Assembly (NCBI GenBank): GCA_964016885.1
Contig: OZ024763.1
Location: forward strand, 7,440,001-7,504,000
DNA from: Eledone cirrhosa
Taxonomy: Eukaryota
Reading direction: 5' to 3'
Length of the DNA: 64,000 bases
The translations under genes were made by a program, and so were the position numbers. The notes under the pieces are model-generated. The model was given only the letters and a program-made list of their open reading frames with translations, searched no databases and had not been told where the DNA came from. This document shows positions 1-12,591 of this stretch, in pieces (position 1 is the first letter of the stretch; each line of letters starts with the position of its first letter).

Positions 1-639
1 ATAATTTCTGGTTTAAAATAACCTTGTGTAATTCTTGGTAGAGATTGAACCTCGTCACTTTATCTCACTGTTTAGTCTTTCCAATTAACACCCTATATAA
101 AGGCAGTTTGTTCTGACTTCACAGCTGATGTTCACAGTTGTCGAATAATTACCACCACTCATGCTAAACACACTGCCAGTTAGATCTGGGCAGCGACGAG
201 GGAAGGTCGTGTTACTTCTACCTCTAATGAACAACATACATATGTTATCCATTAGAGAACAATACACAAGAGAAAGAATTAAATTGAGAATGTCAATCTA
301 TGGAGACATCTTACAATATTTTTTGGGATGTAAGACCCCCTTAGTTTTAAGAACAAATGTACTGAAACACGAAATAAGAAATTAATTGAAATGGAACACA
401 CATAGATTTTAAGACATGTTTATTTTCAAGACAAAATGATTGGGGGAAGTGTAAATATGCAGCTATCCTTGTTCATGGAGTGTGTGTATATATATGTATA
501 TATATATATGTTTATTATATTCGTACCTTTAAGGAAAGGGAAGACGGTTTTTTATTTTTTTATTTTTTTTGTTTTTTCGGGTAGAAAAGTACCCCTTATT
601 CCCCACCCCACAAAAAAATATATTTCGAATATGTATATT

Positions 640-1135
640 TTAATTGAAAGGTGGCTAACCATGTTAAAGGCAAAAAGTAGCAAGTGAGACGATAGGAATA
701 ATAATTTACCTAGCTAAATGCAAAAAAATTTTAAATTATCGATGAATGATATGAGCGACACCACGTAGAGTATTCCGTAGGGACATGGACGCACGACAGA
801 AAATATTGAAAGAATCCAGAGAAGAACAAAAAATAAAACAAGAATTAAGAAATCTGTCTTGAGAATAAAGATGTAAAAACTTAGAAATTACAACTTGGGA
901 GGAGATAAAACAAAGGGGAGACATGATAGAAATATTTAAGATGATGGAAGGACTTGACATTACGGAAGAAAATGTAAATCTAAGAAGAGGATACCATTAT
1001 ACTGTTTATAAGATACAATGCTCTAAAGACATCAGAAAATATATATTTCTCAAAGAGATATTAGTGAATGGAATAGTTTAAATGATGGAGTAGACGACAC
1101 AACAGTAAATGATGATAAAAATATATGACAGATGA
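640..1135 (+). mobile_element. Degenerate CR1/L2-clade LINE ORF2 3' relic
   Basis: Broken translation RHHVEYSVGTW..IERIQRR..ELRNLS..LEITTWEEIKQRGDMIEIFKMMEGLD..CSKDIRKYIF..SEWNSL resembles the CR1 RT C-terminus (RPHLEYA.QVW, LERVQRRA, TLEERRLRGDMIEVFK, DIRKYFFSQR..WNSL). Confidence 0.85.
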
Positions 1136-3069
1136 AGAACGAATGAATACATTAAAATATTTGTGATGCTGAGTAAAAGTGAGCAGAAAGCATTGTAGTG
1201 AATTTGATCATGCTATGGCAATAAGAAAAGAACTCAGTAAATCTCGCAACGCTTCAAAATATATCAACTAACTTAGAATGGTATCAATTGGCTTGGACAT
1301 AACTACAGTTTAGTCGTCACTCCATGAATTTGTTCACGGTGAATATATTTTACATGAAAATATACAGAGATCCGTCTTCCATGATGTAGATTACGATAAT
1401 GTCGGTGAAACTCATTAATTTACTTCAAATACTTTCATTATTGTATGTAGTTAAGTTCGTTAAAGATTTCGTGTACTAAAAACTTACGTACTGTGTTTGT
1501 AGTCGGCTAAATATAAACTTGAAAATTCGTTAATTATGCCTGTCTTCGAATCTCATGTTGATAAAGTATAATATCAATCAGAATAATGTCATAGATTTTC
1601 TACATAATCGGAATGTCATTTCTAAAACTACGAATTACTTGAAAAATTACAAAACACAACACAAAAACAATGTTTACCTTCGAAAGTATATGTCTATAAA
1701 ATATGTATTATTAGAAGTAAGTTTTAAGAAAACGAGTCAGATGTGAGAGGAGGGGCATTAAACTATATTTATGTCGTGAAAAATGTCTAACTTCAGACAT
1801 TAAATTGCGGCTAAGATTCTTTCTGCTATCGAGTGTTCCTTTGAACGTCAATTTTTAAATATTTGTCTCTCTTTAAAGATGGATTATCTTTTGAAAAACT
1901 AATGTTAGATTATTCGTGGTTGGTCTGTGTGGTTTGTTTTAAAATAGAATCTGTCTCATAGACAGGTCAAATTTGATCAAGTCGAACATGTCTGTAAAAC
2001 GAAATATTGCGTAAAAGACACACCTTATGTTTATCTCGGGTATTGCGGTAGATATCCTGATGTCTCCAGTTTGTAAAGTAATCCACAAAGCAAAAGACAA
2101 CATCCAGTTAACCTTGGTAATCCAGTTTCGCCGTAGCCGCCATTTGCAATAGAATATAAGCAGAAACAAAAACAAAAGGCCACACTGGACAGTTAATGTA
2201 TTGAAAATCACAATAAAAATAAAACTACTGAATAAAAATGTCTTACTGTCATTATTTAATTTTTTTCATTTATTTATTGCTAACACATACTTTAACTAAT
2301 ATATATATATATATATATACACACATAGATAAACTCTCTTTGTTTGTAACTGAGGCAGAAGTCAGAAATTTACGGTGAGAATTCGATCGATTAAATTGAT
2401 CCCACTATGTGACTGGTACTATATTTTATCTCTCCAAAAATAAAAATGTTAAATTAATCAGGGCCAGATTTTCACCGAGATGAGAACACAAAAAGGTGAA
2501 GTAATATCAATTAAAAATTTATGTGTTATTATTTTATCATTTAGTTACAAAGTCGTGTGAGACTTGGTAGTTAAGTATTTAATGTAGTTTGTGGTGCTGT
2601 CAGGAGTTCAATATTTAGCTGCGGATATAGAATTTCTTTTATTTTTAAGAAACGAAAAACATACATATCGCTATTTAGTTGAAATTGTATAAAATTACTG
2701 CAAAACATATCATTGTAGGTTCAGATCTTACACTGCTACATATATTATCTATATAGAAATCGTGTTTAACAATTTACGGGCGTATTGTACGAGGTGGGAA
2801 TATTTCACACACACACAAACCAGGTATGATAGATTTAAAGTAAGTAAATATTATTGTAGACGGGGACATTGTAGGTTCAAATCAACCGTAGAGCGATAAG
2901 AAACAAAGTGAAGATTTAATTTATCAAAGACCCAGGAGGATGAAAGACAGAGTCGACCCCTTTTAGTATTTATAACATTGAGTAAGGCATGAACGCCACC
3001 ACATCAATTTTGCTTGAAAATAGTAAAGTAGATTTATAAATATTAATTTTCAATCACTTTTTGTAGCAA

Positions 3070-3283
3070 GTTTCGGTGGCCTTGTGGAAGGTATGGGAGA
3101 CGGTGAAGATCCTGGTGTCGGGTTCAATCTTGGCCAGGACTAGAGGGGTCTTAGTGAAAAAATTAAAAGTTTTTTTATTTTATCTCTAGTAAAATGAAAA
3201 GCGTTAGTGTAGTTCCTGGTCGAGATTGAACCCTAGACCAGGATCTTCACCGTCTCTATCACATACCATTAGCCCACAGAGAC
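3070..3283. ncRNA. Convergent pair of ~70-nt tRNA-like Pol III-type cassettes (+3070-3139, -3214-3283)
   Basis: A-box-like TGGCCTTGTGG / TGGGCTAATGG, B box GGTTCAATC, TATAAA ~30-35 nt upstream of each, T-runs in the spacer; no canonical anticodon arm. Confidence 0.55.
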
Positions 3284-3719
3284 TGCCACAAAAGTACTAT
3301 GAACATTTATATTTATAAAGCAACTTTTCTATATCCAAGCAAACTTGATGTGGTGGCCTTCATGTCTTTTTCTATGTTATTCGCACTACCAACGACCGAC
3401 CTTGTATTTTATTCCTCTGGAGCTTTCAGAAACCCACCTTGTATTTCCAAGCATAATAGATGTTGTGGCATTCATGCCTTTCTCAGCATTATCAATACTT
3501 CAAAAGGATCGACATGGGATTTTTATTCTTCTGGCAATTTCAGAAAATATATCTTCACTTACTTTCTCTAAGGTTCATTTCATCCTCCAACTCGATAATC
3601 TGCAGTGGCCTTCTTCAACTGTCATACCTCACTATTAAATTTATTGATGTCCTTCGTTAAAAATAACCTACTGTAATTCTTGATAGAGATTCAACCCTAT
3701 CACTTTATCTCACTATTTA

Positions 3720-4925
3720 TTCAGGGACCAAGATCGGAGAATATTGATAAGGGCAGAAGATTGTATCCTTATTTGGTCCGACTTTCCAGTTAACCCGGTA
3801 TAAAAATGGCACTATGTTGGGACTTAACGCTAAACACGTGATGTTCACCGTTGTCAGCTAAACACACTGCCAGTTTGCTATCTGCAGCGGTGAAAGAAGG
3901 TCGTGTTATTTCTACCTCTCACATACCACATACATTCTTTTATCGGTTAGATAACCATATAGAAGAGATAGAATGAATATGAGAATGTCAGTCTTTTAAA
4001 AGTATAGTTTATTATATTAGAGCAAAATCTTGAATTAACGATAGTTTGTGACACTAAACGTAAAATGGACGAAGCAACAATACGAACATTGTAAAACAAA
4101 TTAATTATTATAAGAAGGAGAAATGATTGCATCTTCAAGGGCCACACAATCTATTGAAAATCGAAATGAGATATTGATTGAAATGGAACACTCACGGAGA
4201 CATCATACGGCATTTTTCGGAATATATTGTTTCGAGGAAGAGTTATAAATAGGGATATACTTATACATGGCTAGTACGAACATATATAATTATCATATTC
4301 GTATCTTGGATGTATAAGACGCCAGCAGGTTTTAACATCGAATTTTTATGTAAAAATGTGTCTCTTGTTTCACCCACTCCAACAAAATCGGAATATGTAA
4401 CAATTTGAATTTAAGGTTAACTAACCATCTCACATAAAAAAACCCACAACACCAAGTCGGATTATAGGAATGATAAAATATTACTATACCTACCAACATA
4501 CAGAAATATTGAAACTCTAGATAAATGATATGTGTGATACTACTTAGAATATTATTTGCAGGTATGGTCACCCGACTTCCGAAAGGAGAGAGAAGCTATT
4601 GAAGGAATCCAGAGAAGAAAGAAGCATGAAATACCAGAATTATTAACAAATCTGTCTTGACAAGAAAGGTGTAAAAATCTAGGAATTACAACTTTGGAGG
4701 AGATAAAACTAAGGGGAGACACGACAGAAATATGTATGATAATGAAAGGACTTGAAAATCAGAAGGAAATGTAAGAAGAGGACACCATTATACTGTTTAT
4801 AAGATACAATGCTCTAAAGACATCAGAAAATATATATTTCTCAAAGAGATATTAGTGAATTGAATAGTTTAAATGATGGAGTAGACGACACAACAGTAAA
4901 TGATTATAAAAAGATATGACAGATG
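3720..4925 (+). mobile_element. Degenerate LINE RT relic (RT-core-like 5' part plus CR1 3' part), unit 2
   Basis: gcggtgaaagaaggtcgtgttatttct resembles GV(K/R)QGCV(I/L)SP; tttgtgacactaaa resembles FADDTK; ttacaactttggaggagataaaactaaggggagac resembles TLEERRLRGD. Confidence 0.7.
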
Positions 4926-6529
4926 AAGAACGAATGAATAGATTGAAATATTTGTGATGCTGAGTAAAAGTGAGCGGAAAGCATTGTCGTGAATTTGAAC
5001 TTGCTATGCCTTCCAATCTCATATTGAAAACGTATAATATTAATCAGGATAATGTCATAGATTTTCTACATGATCGGAATGACAATTCTAAAACTACGAA
5101 TTACTAGAAAAGGTGAAAATATAAACAAAACACAACATTATATCTCTATAAAATATGTATTATTGGAGGATTTGAGGAAAGGAATCGGATATGAGAGGAG
5201 GGGCATTAAACTATATTTATGTCGTGAAAAATGTCTAACTTCAGACATTAAATTGTGGCTGAGATTCTTTCTGCCATCGAGTGTTCCTTTGAACGTCAGT
5301 TTTTAAATATTTGTCTCTTTAAAGATGGATTATCTTTTGTAAAACTAATTTTAGATTATTCATGGTTGGTCTGTGTGGTTTGTTTTGAAATAGCATCTCT
5401 GTCTCGTCGACAGGTCAAATTTGATCAAGTCGAACACAAGTCTTTAAAGCGAAATATTGCGTAAAAGACAGACCTTATGTTTATCTCGGGTATTGCGGTA
5501 AATATCCTGATGTCTCAAGTTTGTAAAGTAATCCAAGAAGCAAAAGACAACATCCAGTAAACCTTGGTAATAATCCAGTTTCTCCGTAGCCGCCATTTGC
5601 AATAGAAAATAAGAAGAAACAAAAACAAAAGGCACACTGGGCTGTTAATGTATTGAAAATCATAATAAAAATAAAACTACTGAATAAAAATGTCTTACTT
5701 TTATTATTTAATTTGTTTCATTTATTTATTGCTAACACATACTTTAATATATATGTATATATTTACACATACAGATACACCCTCTTTGTTTGTAACTGAG
5801 GCAAAAGGCAGAAATTTACGGGGAGAATTCGATCATTTAAATTGGTCCCAGTATGTGACTCGTACTATATTTTATCTATCCAAAAATAAAAATGTTAAAT
5901 TAATCAGGGCCAGATTTTCACCGAGATGAGAACACAAAAAGGTGAAGTAATATCAATTAAAAATTGAGGTGTTATTATTTTATCATTTAGTTACAAAGTC
6001 GTGTGAGACTTGGTAGTTAAGTATTTAATGTAGTTTGTGGTGCTGTCAGGAGTTCAATATTTAGCTGCGGATATAGAATTTCTTTTATTTTTAAGAAACG
6101 AAAAACATATACATATCGCTATTTAGTTGAAATTGTGTAAAATTACTGCAAAACATATCATTGTAGGTTCAGATCTTAAACTGCTACATATATTATCTAT
6201 ATAGAAATCGTGTTTAACAATTTACGGGCGTATTGTACGAGGTGGGAATATTTCACACACACACAGACACACACACAAACCAGGTATGATAGATTTAAAG
6301 TTAGTAAATATTATTGTAGACGGGGACATTGTAGGTTCAAATCAACCGTAGAGCGATAAGAAACAAAGTGAAGATTTAATTTATCAAAGACCCAGGAGGA
6401 TGAAAGACAAAGTCGACCCTTTTTAGTATTTATAACATTGAGTAAGGCATGAACGCCACCACATCAATTTTGCTTGAAAATAGTAAAGTAGATTTATAAA
6501 TATTAATTTTCCATAACTTTTTGTAGCAA

Positions 6530-6743
6530 GTTTCGGTGGCCTGGTGGAAGGTATGAGAGACGGTGAAGATACTGGTCTCGGGTTCAATCTTGGCCAAGAC
6601 TAGAGGTGTCTTAATGAAAAAATTCAAAAATTTTTCATTTTATCTCTAGTAAAATGAAAAACGTTAGTGTAGTTCCTGGCCGAGATTGAACCAGAGACTA
6701 GGATCTTCACCTTCTCTAACACATACCATTAGCCCACAGAGAC
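6530..6743. ncRNA. Convergent tRNA-like cassette pair (+6530-6599, -6674-6743)
   Basis: Homologous to 3070-3283. Confidence 0.55.
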
Positions 6744-7179
6744 TGCCACAAAAGTACTATGAAAATTTATATTTATAAAGCTACTTTTCTATATCCAAGC
6801 AAACTTGATGTGGTGGCCATCATGTCTTTCTCCATGTTATTCGCACTACCAACGACCGACCTTGTATTTTATTAATCTGGAGCTTTCAGAAACCTACCTT
6901 GTATTTCCAAGCATAATAGATGTTGTGGCATTCATGCCCTTCTCAGCATTATCAATACTTCGAAAGGGTCGACATTGGATTTTTATTCTTCTGGCAATTT
7001 GAGAAAATATATCTTCACTTACTTTCTCTAAGGTTCATTTCATCCTACAACCCGATAATCTGCAGTGGCCTTCTTCAACTGTCATACCTCACTATTAAAT
7101 TTATTGATGTCCTTCGTTAAAAATAACCTACTGTAATTCTTGCTAGAGATTCAACCCTATCACTTTATCTCACTGCTTA

Positions 7180-9250
7180 TTCAGGGACCAAGGTCCTCAA
7201 TCTCAGAGAATATTGATAAGGAGAGCAGATTGTATCCTTATTTGGTCCGTCTTTCCAGTTAACACGGTATATAAATGGTACTTTGTTGGGATTTAACACT
7301 AAACACGTGACGTTCACCGTTGTCAGCTAAACACACTGCCAGTTTGCTATCTGCAGCGGTGAAAGAAGGTCGTGTTATTTCTACATCTCACATACATTGT
7401 TTTATTCATTAGATAACAATATAGAAGATAAAGAATGAATGTGAGAATGTCAGTCTTTTAAAAGTACAATTTATGATATTAAAGCAAAATCTTGAATTAA
7501 CGATAGTTTGTGAAACTAAAGTTAAAATGGACGAAGCAACAATTGTATGACAAATTGTTTATTGATAAGAAGGAGAAATGATTGCATCTTCAACGGCAAT
7601 ACAATCTATTGAAAATCGAACACTTACAGAGACCTCATACAGGATTTTTCGGAATACATTTTGAAGAAGAGTTAAAAATAGGGAGATACATATACATGGC
7701 TAGTATATACTTTAATTATCATATTTGTATCTTGAACGTATAAGACGCCAGCAAGTTTTAACATCGAATACTGATGTAAAATTGTGTTTTTTTGTTTCAC
7801 CCACCCCCAACAAATGTGGAATATGTATCAATTTGAATTTAAAGGTAGCTAACCATCTCACAGGAAAAGACCACAACACCAAGTCGGATTATAGGAATGA
7901 TGAAATATTACTTTACCTACCTAAATACAGAAATATTAAAACTCTAGATAAATGATCTGTGTGATACTACTTAGAATATTATTTGCAGGTCTGGTCACCC
8001 GACTTCCGAAAGGAGAGAGAAGCTATTGAAGGAATCCAGAGAAGAAAAAAGCATGAAATACCAGAATTCTTGAGAAGAAAGATGTAAAAAGCCAGGAATT
8101 ACGACTTTGGAGGAGATAAAGCTAAGGGGAGACACGACAGAAATATTTAAGATAATGAAAGGATTTGAAATTACAGAAGAAAATGTAAGAAGAGGACACC
8201 ATTATACTGTTTATAAGATACAATGTTCTAAAGACATCAGAAAATATATATTTCTCAAAGAGATATTAGTGAATGGAATAGTTTAAATGATGGAGTAGAC
8301 GACACAACAGTAAATGATTATAAAAAGATATGACAGATGAAGAACGAAATATTTGTGATGCTGAGTAAAAGTGAGCAGAAAGCATTGTAGTGAATTTGAT
8401 CATGCTATGGCAATAAGAAAAGAACTCAGTAAATCTCGCAATACTTCAAAATATATCAACTAACTTAGAATTGTATCAACTGGCTTGGACATAACTACAG
8501 TTTAGTCGTCACTCCATGTTAACGGTGAATCTAATTTCATGAAAATATACAGAGATCTGTCTTCCATCCTTGGTGTGTATATAAATGTATGGAAATAGGA
8601 AAATCTGCTTCGTAGAATCAAGACGTATCTGAGGACCTTACGATTTTCAGTCAGGTTCGATCATCAAACGAGCTTCTTATACCCCTCACAGAAGAATTGT
8701 GAATATGTATGAATATGAATTGAAAGATGACTAACCATGTTGAAGCAAAACAGGGAGACGGATAATAGAAATAATAAAACATTCTTTTTCCTAGTTAAAT
8801 GCTGAAATATCTAAAACTCGAGATGAATATGTGTGATACCACTGAGAATATTGTTTTGGGCCATGGTCAACTGACCTCCGAAGAAACGGTGAGGCTCTTG
8901 AAGCAACCCAGAGAGGAGAAAACAGAAGACACTAGAATTATTTAGGGATCTGTCTTGTGAAGGAAGATGAGAAACTTTTGTAAATTTAGAGGAGATAAAT
9001 CTTAGGGGAGACAAGACAAAAATATAAAGACTATTTAAATATTAGTACACTATTCCATATAAATACCAAGACTTGAAAATATCAACATTAGTTCACTATA
9101 CCAAGGACAAACACATAGAATTACAACTTTGGAGGAGATTAATCAAACGAGTGACATGATAGAAATATTTAAAATAATGAAAGTACTTCAAAATACAGAA
9201 TTGGGGAAGAAAATGTAAATATAAGAAGAGATGACCATTGTACTATGTAT
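7180..9250 (+). mobile_element. Degenerate LINE RT relics in unit 3 (two CR1-like segments, ~7180-8340 and ~8700-9250)
   Basis: Same TLEE..RGD.IEIFK and DIRKY..WNSL motifs, with stops and frameshifts. Confidence 0.7.
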
Positions 9251-9321
9251 AACATAACAATGCTCCTTACATTTATCCCAGGTATATAGAGGGATATTCC
9301 GATGTCCACTGTTTGTAAAAT

Positions 9322-9380
9322 AATTGTTTCTACTTTAGGCACAAGGCCAGCAATTACCCAGTGCATTACTGGTACTTTTT
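9322..9380 (-). mobile_element. SINE 3' tail fragment (duplicate at ~52025-52080)
   Basis: tgtttctactttaggcacaaggccagcaattacccagtgcattactggtac; absent from the paralog near 38170. Confidence 0.75.
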
Positions 9381-10377
9381 GTAAAATAAAGCAATAAGGA
9401 AACAACATCATCCAGTAAACCTTAGTAATACTCCAATAACGTCTCGGCCGCCATTTACAGTAGAAAATAGTAAGAAAATTAAGTCACACTCAGCAGTTAA
9501 TGCAGTGAAAACAAACAATAAAAATATTATTACTAAATAATTATAATTTCTTACTTTCAATAATTTTTTTCTTTATTAAACACGTAATTTATTTTAAATT
9601 TGTCGTATTATATATATATACTGTTTGTGTGTTTTTGTTTGGCAAATGTCAAGTGATTGACGGGGTGAAGCCGATCGATTAGATTGAACCCATAAAATGA
9701 CTGGTACTCTATTTTTCTTCTCTAAAGTTATAAAATTGTAAATTAATATCGACAGGATTTTCACCTAGAACACAAAGGTGGTGTAATATCATTTAAAAAA
9801 TTGGAAATTGAGTTATAAATATAAATGTGTGTTCAGGGCTTAGATGTTCAGTGTGTAACAGGGTTATTGGTATTAAGTAACATAAAATGTCGTTAGGAGT
9901 TCAATATTTAGCTGGGGATATAGAATTTCTTTAAATTATTTCTTGTACCAGTAGCGAACTGGGATCGAAAGCATTATGTTGTTCGGACGAAAGAAATATA
10001 TAAGCTTAGCGCAATCTAGTTTGAGTTACGGGACATTACTGCAAAGCACATAACTGTAGGTTCCAATCTCACATTGGTAAATATATAAAAGTGACATTTA
10101 ACAATTTATTTGTAAGTCGCAACAGGATTTAGGTATGGCAGATTTGAAATTAGTGAACATTATTGCAGACGAAGTAATTGTAGGTTCAAATCAATACTAG
10201 GGCGTTAAGAAATAAAATGAATATTTACTTCATGAAAGAGCCTGAATTATGAAAGACAAAGTCGACCCTTTCTAATCACAGCAACACTAAGAAAGGCATG
10301 AACGCCACCACTTCAATTAATCTTCCAAAATCAAAAGTATGTTTATAAATATTAATTTTTAATATTATTTTGAAGCT

Positions 10378-10672
10378 GTCTTTGTAGCCTAGTGGGAGGT
10401 ATGAGAGACGGTGGAGATCCTGGTCTGGGTTTCGATCTTGGCCACGATCTATATAAAATAAGGGGGTTTTACTAATTTTTTTCAGCTTTTTTCAATGCAA
10501 ACGTAAAAAAATCTATGGTAAAATGAAAAAAAATTTTTATCTACTTTTTTACATTTTTAAAAAGCTGAAAAAAATTAGTAAAACCCCCTTATTTTATATA
10601 GATCCTGGCTAAGGTTGAACCCCAAACCTCGATCTTCACCGTCTCTAACACCTACCAATAGGCCAACGAGAC
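10378..10672. ncRNA. Convergent tRNA-like cassette pair (+10378-10447, -10603-10672)
   Basis: TAGCCTAGTGG..GTTTCGATC on +; TGGCCTATTGG..GGTTCAACC on -. Confidence 0.55.
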
Positions 10673-11507
10673 GGATATAAAAATATACTGAAAATTAATA
10701 TATATAAACCTACTTTCTATTTTCGAAGCTTAATTGACGTGGTGGTGTTCATGGCTTTCTCAGTCTTTTTAATACCACAAACAAGTCGCCATGGTTTTTA
10801 CTTTTCTCGAGTTTTCAGAAAATATATCATGACTTTAAATTCTTATCACTAGGTTTATTTCATCCAACGACCAGCTGATATCCAGTGATGTCCTTCAGCT
10901 GTCATACCTTAGTGAGTAGATGGTGGCCTGGAAATATTGTTTCTAAACAGGCAGCTCTTTAAACTTGTGTTGTGTGTGCAATAATGGTATCAGCAACCGG
11001 TGAGGGGATCAGATTCAAGAACTCAACGTCAAGTGTATCGTTCCAAACGCGATACGGTAATATATGTTCTTTTTATCAGCTTCGTCTTTTATTTATAAAC
11101 GTTTGTGTAAATACGTGTACGAATGTGTACCTGTGTAAGCTTGTGTGTACATTTATAATAATGTTGTCCCCCCCTCACTTTATTATTACAACTACTACTA
11201 TTAATAACTGTAACACTATTATTATTATTATTTTCACACGTCTCTTATCCTCAACACTTGCTATAGTTTTCCTCTTACATGTGAGATACACGATTTATTT
11301 ACTAATCAACATTTACTCGAAGATGTAGTGATGTGTGACGGGACATCGAGCGTAATCCTTAGTGTTAACTTGAGGACACCGTACACCTGTGCACCCGTAT
11401 ATATATATATGTTTATCCCGGGTTCAATCGGCGGTAACCACAGTAAGTAAGGTACTCATTACATAGCAGATTATAAATACTTAATAAATAATATTTAATA
11501 TAGAAAT

Positions 11508-11559
11508 GGCTTCTACAGGACTAGAACTGTTTCATTCGGAAAAAATCATCAGGAAAGCC
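11508..11559 (-). ncRNA. Type I hammerhead ribozyme motif, family A, within an inverted Penelope-like relic (11414-11602)
   Basis: Reverse complement: GGCTTTC CTGATGA ttttttccgaat GAA ACAG ttctagtc CTGT A GAAGCC, i.e. core CUGAUGA/GAAA, 4-bp stem III, GUA site, stem I with one bulge. Confidence 0.75.
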
Positions 11560-11613
11560 CTTGATTTCTTCCGAATGAAACCGTTCTAGTCCTGCAGGAG
11601 CCACACACACACG

Positions 11614-11646
<33 letters not shown>

Positions 11647-12541
11647 ATATGTATATAAATATATATTTGTGTATTCATAAGCCCAAGTGTCTATGATGAT
11701 AAGGTCCCCCTATCTTTGTATATTTATATGTGGATGTTTATTTCCACATGGCATCTCTGGTCCTCGATGTTGTCACCGCCTGCTTTACGTAGCATCTTAA
11801 CTATCTAATATTTATTCAGAGAGGTTCCCCCTTCATATCGCAAATATTCCTTTCTGACTCACTGAAAACTTGTCTTCCATCATCGAGTAAAAGTGATCTA
11901 CATAAAGGATCTGTCTGATGTTGCTATGTATGTAGGGATGTATAGCTTGCGAGGGAGTCTTGGTGATCCCACGTTGATATTCGGGATGTCTTGGGTATTC
12001 TTTAAAAGCTGACTGATCCCATCTCTACCCTAGATCTGATCACAGGAGATATTTACCAGAGAAGGAGAGAAAGTAGGAGAAAGGAAGTAAGAAAGAGATA
12101 TAGAAGAAGAATCGACTCCAGTACTACACTGGTACTTCGTTTTATCTACCTCGAATGGTGCTATAGTGGAACATTAACTTTGATGTACCTATATAAGTCA
12201 TACCTTTTCTATACGTCTGTGTATGTACAGGTGTGTGTATGTAAGTGTACGTGGCGTTGCAAGTTCGGTTTTCATAAGTATCTCTGTGAAATTTTAACAA
12301 GAGCAAGCATGTGTCCCGATGGTTAGTCAGTCGTTTTTAAGCTGGTATATGGTATGTGTTTTTAATATGTATATATATTTACATAGAAGTGAGTAAATAT
12401 TAATGTATGTGTATGTATATACATATATAGACAGTCGATCGACCTTCGCCAGATCGGACCGACGAAACAATGTTTCCACTGGTCTTTCCAATTGCTAATA
12501 CTATCTATCGGTCGAAACTCCAGGTGGAAATAAATAAATTA

Positions 12542-12591
<50 letters not shown>

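Larger units (their letters stand above)
1..10910 (+). repeat. Three diverged tandem ~3.5 kb units (1-3660, 3661-7120, 7121-10910); mirrored at 42739-46350, 46351-49800, 49801-53610
   Basis: Landmarks recur in the same order: aaataacc..gtaattctt, acacactgccagtt, CR1 relic, catccagtaaacctt, ggagttcaatatttagctg, convergent tRNA-like cassettes, ctgtcatacct. Confidence 0.9.

Noticed and set aside
88-100. TATA-box promoter at the start of each unit (tatataaaggc; also ~3798, 7268, 14958)
   Set aside because: It lies inside a decayed LINE RT frame just upstream of the GVKQGCVISP-like motif.
3070-3139. Functional tRNA gene (partial likeness to tRNA-Phe gttaga..tgaagatc)
   Set aside because: No canonical anticodon stem-loop, and the T-arm is one base short; kept only as tRNA-like.
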